In this document: one piece after another, positions 1-7,767 of the stretch | How positions within the stretch are numbered: the first letter of the stretch is position 1 | How the letters are laid out: the number at the start of each line of letters is the position of its first letter | Source: Brevundimonas sp. | Lineage (GTDB): Bacteria > Pseudomonadota > Alphaproteobacteria > Caulobacterales > Caulobacteraceae | DNA: 64,000 bases | NCBI RefSeq assembly: GCF_046295595.1 | Contig: NZ_JBKBMX010000012.1 | Location: forward strand, 22,164-86,163 | Reading direction: 5' to 3' | Made by a program: the position numbers and the translations under genes | The notes under the pieces: generated by a model | The model's database searches: none | The model's input: the letters and a program-made list of their open reading frames with translations, nothing else | Told to the model about the DNA's origin: nothing

Positions 1-1
1 C

Positions 2-538
2 ACCGCCACCTCCGCCTATGTCACGCTTGAGGACCTCGCGCGGATGGTGCGCGAGGGCGTCGAATTCGTGGTCTATGACGCCAAGACCAACGACGATCTG
101 ACGCGCCAGATCCTGACCCAGATCATCTTCGAGGAAGAGAGCCGCGGCGAGGCCCTGCTGCCGGTCCAGTTCCTGCGCCAGCTGATCGGCTTCTATGGCG
201 GCCAGATGCAGGGCGTGCTGCCCAGCTATCTGGAGATGTCGCTGGACAGCTTCAGCCGGCAGCAGGAGCAGATGCGCGGCCAGTTCTCCAAGGCGTTCGG
301 GGCCGCCCCCGGCGCCGGACTGCTGGACGAGGCGGTCAAGCGCAACATGGTCATGTTCGCCGAAGCGATGAAGATTTGGCCGGGCTTCAACGCCGCCGGG
401 GCCGCGGGAGCCGCCCGCTCGGCCAGCCCGGCGCCGGAACAGCCGGCCGCCGATCCCCTCGCCGAGATGCGCCGCCAGATGGACGAGATGCGCGCCCAGC
501 TCGACAAGCTGTCCCGGCCTCCCGGCAAGGGCGACTGA
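2..538 (+). CDS. phaR: Polyhydroxyalkanoate synthesis repressor PhaR (5'-truncated by window edge)
   Basis: Frame is open from base 2: TATSAYVTLEDLARMVREGVEFVVYDAKTNDDLTRQILTQIIFEEE, the typical PhaR N-terminal/PHB-accumulation domain. The C-terminus has LAEMRRQMDEMRAQLDKL. Confidence 0.9.
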   Translation, partial: TATSAYVTLEDLARMVREGVEFVVYDAKTNDDLTRQILTQIIFEEESRGEALLPVQFLRQLIGFYGGQMQGVLPSYLEMSLDSFSRQQEQMRGQFSKAFGAAPGAGLLDEAVKRNMVMFAEAMKIWPGFNAAGAAGAARSASPAPEQPAADPLAEMRRQMDEMRAQLDKLSRPPGKGD

Positions 539-540
539 CG

Positions 541-891
541 ATGACCGACGAGGTCCGCCCTGTCGGCCCCGTCCAACGTCGCGACGAGCGCCGCGAAGGC
601 GAGCGCCGCTCCGCCGAGCGGCGCGCCGGCTCCGCCTCGCGGGCGCTGGTCCCGACGGATTTTCCCGCCGAACCTGCCGCCCCCCCGGCAAGACCTGCCC
701 CGACGCCGCCCGGCGACATCTCGGCCGCCGCCTTCGCCGCCCAGGTCATTGGCCAGACCGGCCAGCGACGTGGGCTGAAGGGCGGCCCGCCGGTGCTGGA
801 CGCGGCCCGCTCGACCTATCTCGGAGCCAACTATTCCGGTGTGGCGGAACGCCGTCCCAAGCCGGGCGAGGCCACCGACACCGACGTCTGA
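541..891 (+). CDS. Hypothetical protein, Arg/Pro-rich (about 116 aa)
   Basis: ATG 541 lies 2 nt after the phaR stop and is in frame with track ORF 376..891. Codon usage is host-like. The C-terminus reads LDAARSTYLGANYSG. Confidence 0.7.
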   Translation: MTDEVRPVGPVQRRDERREGERRSAERRAGSASRALVPTDFPAEPAAPPARPAPTPPGDISAAAFAAQVIGQTGQRRGLKGGPPVLDAARSTYLGANYSGVAERRPKPGEATDTDV

Positions 892-951
892 GAATCCCGG
901 CACGGTCCTTGCTGACGACAGGCGCAAACGCCTCCGTCCGGGACCACCGCC

Positions 952-1020
952 ATGCTGACCTTTCTCGCCCGCACCGTCGACGTGGCCGTCGTGGCCCTGA
1001 TCTTCGTCGCCTTCAGCTGA
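952..1020 (+). CDS. Putative 22-aa hydrophobic small protein MLTFLARTVDVAVVALIFVAFS
   Basis: Hand translation from ATG 952 to TGA 1018-1020. 20 of 21 codons after Met end in G/C. It has one hydrophobic segment and is below the ORF-track cutoff. Confidence 0.5.
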   Translation: MLTFLARTVDVAVVALIFVAFS

Positions 1021-1057
1021 CCTTGCGCCCGGATCGCCGCGGGGCTAAGCCCCGCTT

Positions 1058-1170
1058 CGTCATCGGGGAGTAGCCGCCCGCATCTCCAGCGGGGTTCGCG
1101 TCAACATACTTCCTCTTCCCGGAGAGGATGGCGCGCAGGGCCTTCGGGTCTCGGCAAGACCGCTGGCTTC
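1058..1170 (+). ncRNA. yybP-ykoY (Mn2+-sensing) riboswitch
   Basis: Signature segments GGGGAGTAGC (1065-1074), CGTCAACATACT (1099-1110) and GGCAAGACC (1153-1161) occur in the right order, directly upstream of a GDT1/TMEM165 gene. Confidence 0.9.
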
Positions 1171-1248
1171 GCAGGGCAGCTTCCACGCGGGGGCCCGGCT
1201 GCGAACGCCACAGGTCTGTCCGCCGACGCCCCCGCGCACGAAGATGAG

Positions 1249-1812
1249 TTGGACGCCTTCCTGATCTCGACCGGCCTCGTCTCCATCGCGGAGATCGGGG
1301 ACAAGACCATGTTGCTGGCGATCATGCTGGCGGCCGCCTGGCGGCGCCCGCTGCCGATCCTGCTCGGGATTCTGGTCGCCACCCTCGTCAATCACGCCTT
1401 CGCGGCCCTGGCCGGCACGGTGCTGGGCCACTTCATGGAGGGCGAATGGGTGCGCTGGGTCGTCGGCCTCGCCTTCTTCGGCTTCGCGGTCTGGGCCCTG
1501 ATCCCGGACCGTTTCGAAGAGCGGCCCGACACCACCGAAAAGACCTTCTCCGGCGTGTTCTGGACCACCACCGCGGCCTTCTTCATCATCGAGATGGGCG
1601 ACAAGACCCAGGTGGCCACCGCGGTCCTCGCCGCCCAGTTCCAGTCCCTGCCCCTGGTGGTGGCCGGCTCGACCCTGGGCATGATGCTGGTCAACGGACC
1701 GGCGGTGCTGCTGGGCGAGGCGGCGGCCCGAAGACTGCCGCTGAAGTGGATCCGGGTCGCGGCGGCGGCGGGTTTCGCGGCGACAGGGCTGTGGGTTCTG
1801 CTGACCGGCTGA
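1249..1812 (+). CDS. TMEM165/GDT1 (UPF0016) family Mn2+/Ca2+ exporter
   Basis: Two E-x-G-D-K-T motifs (AEIGDKT, IEMGDKT), hydrophobic helices and a TTG start, downstream of the Mn riboswitch. Confidence 0.92.
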   Translation: MDAFLISTGLVSIAEIGDKTMLLAIMLAAAWRRPLPILLGILVATLVNHAFAALAGTVLGHFMEGEWVRWVVGLAFFGFAVWALIPDRFEERPDTTEKTFSGVFWTTTAAFFIIEMGDKTQVATAVLAAQFQSLPLVVAGSTLGMMLVNGPAVLLGEAAARRLPLKWIRVAAAAGFAATGLWVLLTG

Positions 1813-1844
1813 TATAGGGCGGCCTCCCCCTGCAGATTGCACCC

Positions 1845-2210
1845 ATGACCCGATTTCTCCGCCTGACGGCGGTCGCCATACTGCTCTTGTCCCTGATCGC
1901 CATGATCGGACCCTTTGGAGGTGTCGAGGCCGCCAGCGGGATTTGGGACAAGGGGGCCCATTTCGTTGTCTTCGGCCTGATCCTGTGGAGCTTCGGGATC
2001 CTGTTCCCCCGTCTGTCGAGGCTGATGGCGGCGGTGTTGGCGGTCGGCCTGGGCGGAGCCGTCGAGGTGGTTCAGGGACTGGTCGGCCGGGACGCCAGCT
2101 GGGGCGACCTGCTGGCCGATGCGCTCGGGATCGCTGTCGCCCTGCTGCTCTGGGCGACCTGGCGCCGGTTCCAGCCCCGAACCGCGCTTCAGACCTCGAA
2201 CACGCGGTAA
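1845..2210 (+). CDS. VanZ-like small membrane protein
   Basis: DKGAHFVVFG, GGAVEVVQGLVGRDASWGDLLADALG: VanZ-like pattern with 4 hydrophobic segments. Confidence 0.7.
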   Translation: MTRFLRLTAVAILLLSLIAMIGPFGGVEAASGIWDKGAHFVVFGLILWSFGILFPRLSRLMAAVLAVGLGGAVEVVQGLVGRDASWGDLLADALGIAVALLLWATWRRFQPRTALQTSNTR

Positions 2211-2986
2211 GGGGTCTCGCCCAGCGTCTTCAGCACGGGCAGGGCCACGTTATAGACCGGCGTGCCCTTGTTGGTCCGGCCCTCTGGCGCCCCGCGGTGG
2301 GCATGGCCATGCACCACCAGGCTGATGTTGTCGTAGCGGTCGATGGTCTCCGCCAGGCGGGAGGAGCCGAGGAAGGCGTGGATTTCCGGTGGCTCGCCCA
2401 TCACGGTGTCGACGACGGGAGAATAGTGCAGCAGGACCACCGACCGCCCGGTCCTGAGCATGCGGATCGAGTTCTCGATATGGTTCGCGTCCTCGACGGC
2501 CTCCTGAACGAATGCCTTGATCGAAGCCTCGCCGAACGGGCTCAGCATGTATCGGCCAAAGCCGCCGATGAAGCCCTTGCCGCCGGCGAAGCCAACCCCG
2601 TCGATCTCATAGGCCTGCCCCGTCAGCATCTGCACCCCGGCGTCGCTGAGCATCCGCGTCACCTCGCCGGGCTGGCCGCATTCGTGCTCGTGATTGCCCA
2701 GCACCCCGACCATCGGAATCTGGCAGGCGCGCAGGTCCTCCAGCAGGATTTCGACTTCCCGGGTCTTGCCGAAATTGACCAGGTCCCCGCACAGGCACAG
2801 CACGTCGGCGTCCTCGTGCACCCGGCCGAACAGTTCGCGATACGGCCGCTGGTGGGTTTCACCGACATGCAGGTCGCCGACCGCAGCCACACGGAGTCTC
2901 TTCTCCGGCCCCGGAGCCAGGCCGGGCTGCGGCGTCTGCGGGTCGGCGTGGGAGCCGCCCTCGGGCACGTCAGTGGGGGGATTCAT
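2189..2986 (-). CDS. Calcineurin-like metallophosphoesterase
   Basis: Motifs GDLH, CGDL, GNHE, LHY, HGHAH. ATG 2986 is preceded by GGAGGAG. It overlaps the upstream nucleotidyltransferase gene by 17 bp. Confidence 0.88.
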   Translation of the reverse strand: MNPPTDVPEGGSHADPQTPQPGLAPGPEKRLRVAAVGDLHVGETHQRPYRELFGRVHEDADVLCLCGDLVNFGKTREVEILLEDLRACQIPMVGVLGNHEHECGQPGEVTRMLSDAGVQMLTGQAYEIDGVGFAGGKGFIGGFGRYMLSPFGEASIKAFVQEAVEDANHIENSIRMLRTGRSVVLLHYSPVVDTVMGEPPEIHAFLGSSRLAETIDRYDNISLVVHGHAHRGAPEGRTNKGTPVYNVALPVLKTLGETPYRVFEV

Positions 2987-3746
2987 GCCGCTCCTCCAGA
3001 CCCTTGCCGACCACGTCTCCGAAGCCCCATTCGGTGATGTCGGCGATATAGTCACGCGGGCTGAACAGCCGGCCGCGGCAGACCCTGACCCGCGGGGCCG
3101 GCAGATCGACCTGGGCGTGCAGCCGTTCCGTCAGTTCGGTCATCAGCCAGCTCGGCACCCGCCCGCGCTCGGTCGGATAGGCGAAGCGGAAGTTCAGCAG
3201 GTGGCCCATCAGCACCTCCCAATAGAGGTCCATCTGGTCCAGCAGCAGCTTCCAGTCGATCGCGTCGGACTGTTTGAGAATGACATGGCTTACATCCGCG
3301 CCATCGTATCGATAGCGGTCCTGGATGAAGACCTTGGACAGGATCAATGCCGTCGGCGGCGTGATCCCCACCCGGTGGCCGTAAACCTCGATCGTGTCCT
3401 TGCCGAACCAGCTGTCGCTGACTGCGATGGTGCCATTGGACATGGCGAAGATCACGTCGAAGAAATGCTCATCCTTCCAGACCTTGGCGATCCATCGCTC
3501 GTCCTCGACGTCGGTTCGATAGCCGCGCGCCTGAAAGAAGGCGAGAATGCGCGGATAGTCCCCCGGCTTGCAGAAGACGTCGAGGTCCTTGGTCGGTCGG
3601 CGGATGCCCGTATAGGCCGTGACCGCATAGGTCCCGGACAGCAGGAAGGGGATGCCGCTTTCCTTCAGCAGGCCAAGGGCCTCGTCGTAGAAGGCGACGG
3701 CGTCCTCCGGCGGATGAAAACACGGGTCGATGATGGCGTCTGACAT
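2970..3746 (-). CDS. Uncharacterised nucleotidyltransferase (Pol-beta-like fold)
   Basis: MSDAIIDP...FLLSGTYAVTAYTGIRRPTKDLDVFC with a GxxA/DxD NT signature. It is the C-terminal 258 aa of track ORF 2970..6194. A GGAG RBS precedes ATG 3746. Confidence 0.8.
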   Translation of the reverse strand: MSDAIIDPCFHPPEDAVAFYDEALGLLKESGIPFLLSGTYAVTAYTGIRRPTKDLDVFCKPGDYPRILAFFQARGYRTDVEDERWIAKVWKDEHFFDVIFAMSNGTIAVSDSWFGKDTIEVYGHRVGITPPTALILSKVFIQDRYRYDGADVSHVILKQSDAIDWKLLLDQMDLYWEVLMGHLLNFRFAYPTERGRVPSWLMTELTERLHAQVDLPAPRVRVCRGRLFSPRDYIADITEWGFGDVVGKGLEERHESPH

Positions 3747-3774
3747 GGCTCCGACCCCGATTACGAGGTCAGGA

Positions 3775-3800
3775 AACGGTTCTTCTCGCGCGCGAGTTCC
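3775..3800 (-). promoter_or_regulatory. EcfG/sigmaT (general stress response) promoter
   Basis: The minus strand reads GGAAC (3800-3796), N17, CGTT (3778-3775), an exact match to the alphaproteobacterial GGAAC-N16/17-CGTT consensus, 28 nt upstream of the ATG. Confidence 0.8.
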
Positions 3801-3845
3801 GCCCCCTCCACTATAGGGGATTGCCCTCATATACGCGCCCCGGCT

Positions 3846-6062
3846 TTGTTTACGGTTTGGCCCTACCACTTTCACGGGATTGGACCGGGGGTCGGGGGTT
3901 TGCGGGGTCGGTGGCGACTGTTCAGGCATGAAGCGGGCCGGGTCGCGGGCCCGCCGGCGTGGGCCTATGTCCTGCTGTTCGCCCTGTCGCAGCTGATCGG
4001 CCACTGGAGCGTCGCGACCTTCAGCTCGGTCGTCGTCTGGCTGTCCAACGGCATTCTCGTAGCCGCCCTGCTGCAGTTGCATCGGCGGCCGGCCCTCGCC
4101 GTCATCGCCATCTGTCTGGCCATCAATCTCGTTTCGAACAGCCTGCGCGGCGATCCCGGCATCTTGCTCTGGTTCAACGCCCTGCTGAACCTCGGCCTGG
4201 CCATGCTGGTCGCGGTCCTCGCCCGCCGCTTCTGCGGCGCCGCCCTGGACATGCGTCGCCCCGTCCGGCTGGTGCGGTTCGCACTGATCTGCGCCGTCTC
4301 GGTGGCGGTCGCCGCTCTCGTCGCCAGCCTGGTCGCGAGCCTGGTGCTCAGACCCTCGTTCCCGGTCTGGCTTTTCATGATCCAGTCCTTCTCCATCGTC
4401 GAGCTGACCGGCCTGCTGCTGGTGACGCCGGTGCTCTTGCTGTTCGCCCGGGCCCACCGGTTCGCGGGGATGTCTCCAGCCCGGTGGCCGGAGACGGCCG
4501 TTCTGCTCGCGCTGACGTTCGCCGTCTCGGCCGAGGTGTTCTGGCAGGGCGACTATCCGATCCTGTTCCTGACCTTTCCGCCCATGCTGCTGATCGCCCT
4601 GCGCCTGTCGCCGGGCATGACCGCGGCCGCCCTGTTCGGCCTCGCCTTCGTCAGCGGGGTCGCGACCCTGACCGGTCATGGCCCGATCCAGCTGGCCCGT
4701 CTGCCCGACACCCCGGGCCTCGAGACGATCCCGCCGATGCTGCGCAAACTCGGGATCTTCAATCTCTATCTGCTGATCATGGTCGCCACAGTCCTGCCCC
4801 TGTCGACGATCATGTCCGAACGTCGACGGCTGGAGGCGCGTTTGCGCGCCCGCACCCTGGCGGCGCAGGAGGCCCGGCGGCTGGCCGAACACGCGGCCTC
4901 CGCCCGTTCGCGTTTTCTGGCCATGATGAGCCACGAGCTGCGCACGCCGCTGAACGGGGTCGCCGGCTTCGCCGACCTGCTGGCGGCGCGTCCCGGGCTC
5001 GACCCCGAGGCGGTGCGCCACGCGCAACGGATCCGCGAGTCCAGCGACGGCCTGCTGGTGCTGGTCGAGGACATTCTGGATTTCGCCAGCGGAGACACCG
5101 AACTGACCCCGGAAGCGCTCGATCTCGCGGCCGTTGCGCGCGAGGCGACGGCGCCCAGCCGGATCTCGGCCGACGCCCGGGATATCGAGCTGACAATCGA
5201 CAACCGGCTGCCGCCGCGCGCCCGCTTCACCTGCGACCGCCGCGCCCTGCGACAGGCCTTGCAGCCGCTCATCGCCAATGCCGTCAAATTCACCGTCGAG
5301 GGCGGGGTCTGCGTGCGGCTGGACCGGGCGGGAGACGGCGTGGTCATTCGCGTTTCCGACACGGGCTGCGGCATCGCCCCGGACCATCACATCGAACTGT
5401 TCCAGGCCTTCTCCCAGGCGGACGCCTCCACGCGCCGCCTGCATAGCGGCGTCGGCCTTGGCCTCGCCCTGGTCGCTCGCCATGTGCGCCGGCTCGGCGG
5501 GCGGGTGGAGCTGGACAGCCGGCCCGGCGAAGGGTCGACCTTCACACTTCACCTGCCGCTGGAACGGGCGCCCGACGCTCCGGCCGAGGCCGACGTCGCT
5601 TTTGCACCGGCGGCGGACGTCGCCCCCGCGCGCGCCCACGCGCCCGCGCCTGCCCCCCGCGTGCTGGTGGTCGACGACCATCCCGTGAATCGGGAGATCG
5701 CCCGGATCATGCTTCAGGCCTTCGGCTGCGAGGTCGTCGAGGCCCGAGACGGCCATGAAGCCCTGCAGGCGGCGGCCGACGAGGTCTTCGACCTGTTGCT
5801 GATGGATGTGCGGATGCCGGGCATGGACGGGCTGGAGACGACCCGTCGCGTCCGGTCGCTGCCTGACGCCCGGGGCCGGGTCCCGATCGTCGCGATGACC
5901 GCCGACGCCATGCCCGAAGACGTCGTCCGCTGCCACGCCGCCGGCATGAACGCCCATCTGGCCAAGCCGGTCAGCCAGGCGGCGATGTTCGCCATCGTCT
6001 CCCGCGCCCTCGCCGGCGACCTGCCGCTGACGGCCTCGCCCGCCGCCTCCGCGGCCGCCTAA
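3846..6062 (+). CDS. Hybrid sensor histidine kinase/response regulator with MASE1-like membrane sensor
   Basis: Multi-TM N-terminus (VVWLSNGILVAALL), H-box MSHELRTPLNG, N-box IANAVKFT, G1 DTGCGI, G2 GVGLGL, and a receiver (VDDHPVN, LMDVRMPGMDG, LAKP). True start is uncertain (3846 or TTG 3900). Confidence 0.9.
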   Translation: MFTVWPYHFHGIGPGVGGLRGRWRLFRHEAGRVAGPPAWAYVLLFALSQLIGHWSVATFSSVVVWLSNGILVAALLQLHRRPALAVIAICLAINLVSNSLRGDPGILLWFNALLNLGLAMLVAVLARRFCGAALDMRRPVRLVRFALICAVSVAVAALVASLVASLVLRPSFPVWLFMIQSFSIVELTGLLLVTPVLLLFARAHRFAGMSPARWPETAVLLALTFAVSAEVFWQGDYPILFLTFPPMLLIALRLSPGMTAAALFGLAFVSGVATLTGHGPIQLARLPDTPGLETIPPMLRKLGIFNLYLLIMVATVLPLSTIMSERRRLEARLRARTLAAQEARRLAEHAASARSRFLAMMSHELRTPLNGVAGFADLLAARPGLDPEAVRHAQRIRESSDGLLVLVEDILDFASGDTELTPEALDLAAVAREATAPSRISADARDIELTIDNRLPPRARFTCDRRALRQALQPLIANAVKFTVEGGVCVRLDRAGDGVVIRVSDTGCGIAPDHHIELFQAFSQADASTRRLHSGVGLGLALVARHVRRLGGRVELDSRPGEGSTFTLHLPLERAPDAPAEADVAFAPAADVAPARAHAPAPAPRVLVVDDHPVNREIARIMLQAFGCEVVEARDGHEALQAAADEVFDLLLMDVRMPGMDGLETTRRVRSLPDARGRVPIVAMTADAMPEDVVRCHAAGMNAHLAKPVSQAAMFAIVSRALAGDLPLTASPAASAAA

Positions 6063-6709
6063 CCGCCCCAGGCACCCTCGAACGGAAAGCGTCGCGTCCA
6101 CAGGTCCAGCAATTCCGGCAAGGCGTCGACCCGCCGGGCGACCTGCCCCATCCGCGGGGCCACCTGATGAAAGCGCGATCGATGCGGCGTCCACCGGCTG
6201 GCGACCGCGACATACAGGTCCAGCACCGTCAGTTCGGGTCCGAGCAGGAAGCGGTCCGGTTCCATCTGGGCCTCCATCTGCTCCCAGCAGGCGGCGATCC
6301 GCTCGGCCGTTCGGGCCTTGATGGTCGCCTGGGCCGCCGGATCATCCCCGCCGAGGCGACCGGGGTCGTCGCGGACCCAGTACATCGAATAGATCGAGGC
6401 GGGGATGAAGGTCATCCAGCGCAGGAACTGGGCCCGCCGCGGATCGCACGGCTCTGGCCCCAGCGCCGCCTCGGGATGGCGTTCGGCCAGCCAGATCAGA
6501 ATGGCCGCGCTCTCGGTGATGACCTCTCCATCCGGCGTGACCAGCACCGGCACCTGACGCATTGGATTGACCGGCGCGACCTTGTCCCGTTCGGCCTCAC
6601 CCTCCCAGGTCACGGCTTCAATCACCTCGAACGGCGCGCCGATCAGGGTCAAGGCGGCCTCGACCGGGACCGAGCCCGAGCCCGCGGCGCCGTAGACTGT
6701 GTAGGTCAT
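6059..6709 (-). CDS. Glutathione S-transferase family protein
   Basis: MTYTVYGAAGSGS..., VNPMRQVPVL, ITESAAILIWL, FLLGPELTVLDLY. Strong GGAG RBS before ATG 6709. Confidence 0.88.
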   Translation of the reverse strand: MTYTVYGAAGSGSVPVEAALTLIGAPFEVIEAVTWEGEAERDKVAPVNPMRQVPVLVTPDGEVITESAAILIWLAERHPEAALGPEPCDPRRAQFLRWMTFIPASIYSMYWVRDDPGRLGGDDPAAQATIKARTAERIAACWEQMEAQMEPDRFLLGPELTVLDLYVAVASRWTPHRSRFHQVAPRMGQVARRVDALPELLDLWTRRFPFEGAWGG

Positions 6710-6837
6710 GGGACTCTCCTCCCCTCCTCTCTGCGCCTGAACGCCCGGGTGCGCGCGCGAGATTTTCGGACCCGTCCATAAACAGGGCTTCGCTCTCCGG
6801 GACGGCCGGTCCGCGCCTTCCCGGCGATTCACCCACT

Positions 6838-6880
6838 GCACTTTACATTTCAAAGTACTTCGTACAGACTGTGCGTAAGT
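6838..6880. promoter_or_regulatory. Candidate operator palindromes between divergent GST and membrane protein/wHTH operon
   Basis: An AT-rich island in 70% GC DNA: GCACTTT-ACATTTC-AAAGTAC (ACTTT-N7-AAAGT), followed by the imperfect inverted repeat ACTTCGTACAG-A-CTGTGCGTAAGT. Confidence 0.5.
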
Positions 6881-6905
6881 TTGAAGCGCGGCCCTTCCGG
6901 CCGCC

Positions 6906-7406
6906 ATGACAGGGATCACGCCGATGATGACCGAGAAGATCGAAGACCCCGCCGCCGACATCGCCTGGATGCGCCGGCTCGCCGAGGAAGGCCGGCGCGC
7001 GCCGATGCAGGGCGCGTCCATCCTGTTCGCGGCGGGTCTGATCTATAGCGCCGCCAGCCTCGCCCATTGGGCCGTCATCAGCGGTGCGGTCGGCCTGGAC
7101 ACGTCCGCCCTGGGCTTCGTCTGGATCGGCGCCACGGTGCTGTTCCTCGCCCTGCTGGTGGTGGCCCTCGCGGCGATCAGGCGGGCCGGCGGCGTCGAGA
7201 CCTCGGCCAATCGGGCCTCGGGCACGGCCTGGGCCTCGGTCGGCTGGGGCATTTTCGCCCTTTCGACCTCGATGGCGGTGTTGGGTCTGCGGATGGGCGA
7301 GGACGCCGCCCTGGTCGGCGCCGAACAGTATCTGGCCTATGCCGCCGCCCTGTTCCTGCTGATGGCCCTGCCCGGCTTTCTGCTGATGCGGGCGGCGAGG
7401 GGCTGA
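6906..7406 (+). CDS. Integral membrane protein (possibly carrying an internal in-frame deletion)
   Basis: DPAADIAWMRRLAEEG start, several TM helices, host-like codons, upstream of a winged-helix regulator. Confidence 0.75.
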   Translation: MTGITPMMTEKIEDPAADIAWMRRLAEEGRRAPMQGASILFAAGLIYSAASLAHWAVISGAVGLDTSALGFVWIGATVLFLALLVVALAAIRRAGGVETSANRASGTAWASVGWGIFALSTSMAVLGLRMGEDAALVGAEQYLAYAAALFLLMALPGFLLMRAARG

Positions 7407-7408
7407 GG

Positions 7409-7723
7409 GTGGCGGACGATTTCGACATCAACCGCCTCGATGAGGTCATCCATGGACGGGTCCGGCTGGGCATCATGGCCGTGCTCTCCGTGGTGGAGAC
7501 CGCCGACTTCAACACGCTCAAGGCCCGGCTGCAGACCACCGACGGCAATCTTTCGGTGCACCTGCGAAAGCTGGAGGACGCCGGATTCGTGGCCGTGACC
7601 AAGCGGTTCGAGGGGCGCAAGCCCCTGACCGAGGCGGCCATGACGCCGGAGGGCCGCCGGGCGTTCGTGGCCTATCTCGACGCCATGCAGGGCCTGGTCG
7701 GGCCGAACGGGGCCCGTCCATGA
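7409..7723 (+). CDS. Winged-helix (MarR/ArsR-like) transcriptional regulator
   Basis: GTG 7409: DDFDINRLDEVIHGRVRLGIMAVL...ADFNTLKARLQTTDGNLSVHLRKLEDAG. Confidence 0.88.
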   Translation: MADDFDINRLDEVIHGRVRLGIMAVLSVVETADFNTLKARLQTTDGNLSVHLRKLEDAGFVAVTKRFEGRKPLTEAAMTPEGRRAFVAYLDAMQGLVGPNGARP

Positions 7724-7767
7724 GCCGGACGGTGGGAAGCGTCGCCGGGCTGGGCTAGACAGGCGGC

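Noticed and set aside
2970-6194. 1074-aa minus-strand ORF as a single giant protein
   Set aside because: The first 800 or so codons are the antisense shadow of the hybrid kinase. Only the last 258 aa, with their own RBS and sigmaT promoter, look like a real protein.
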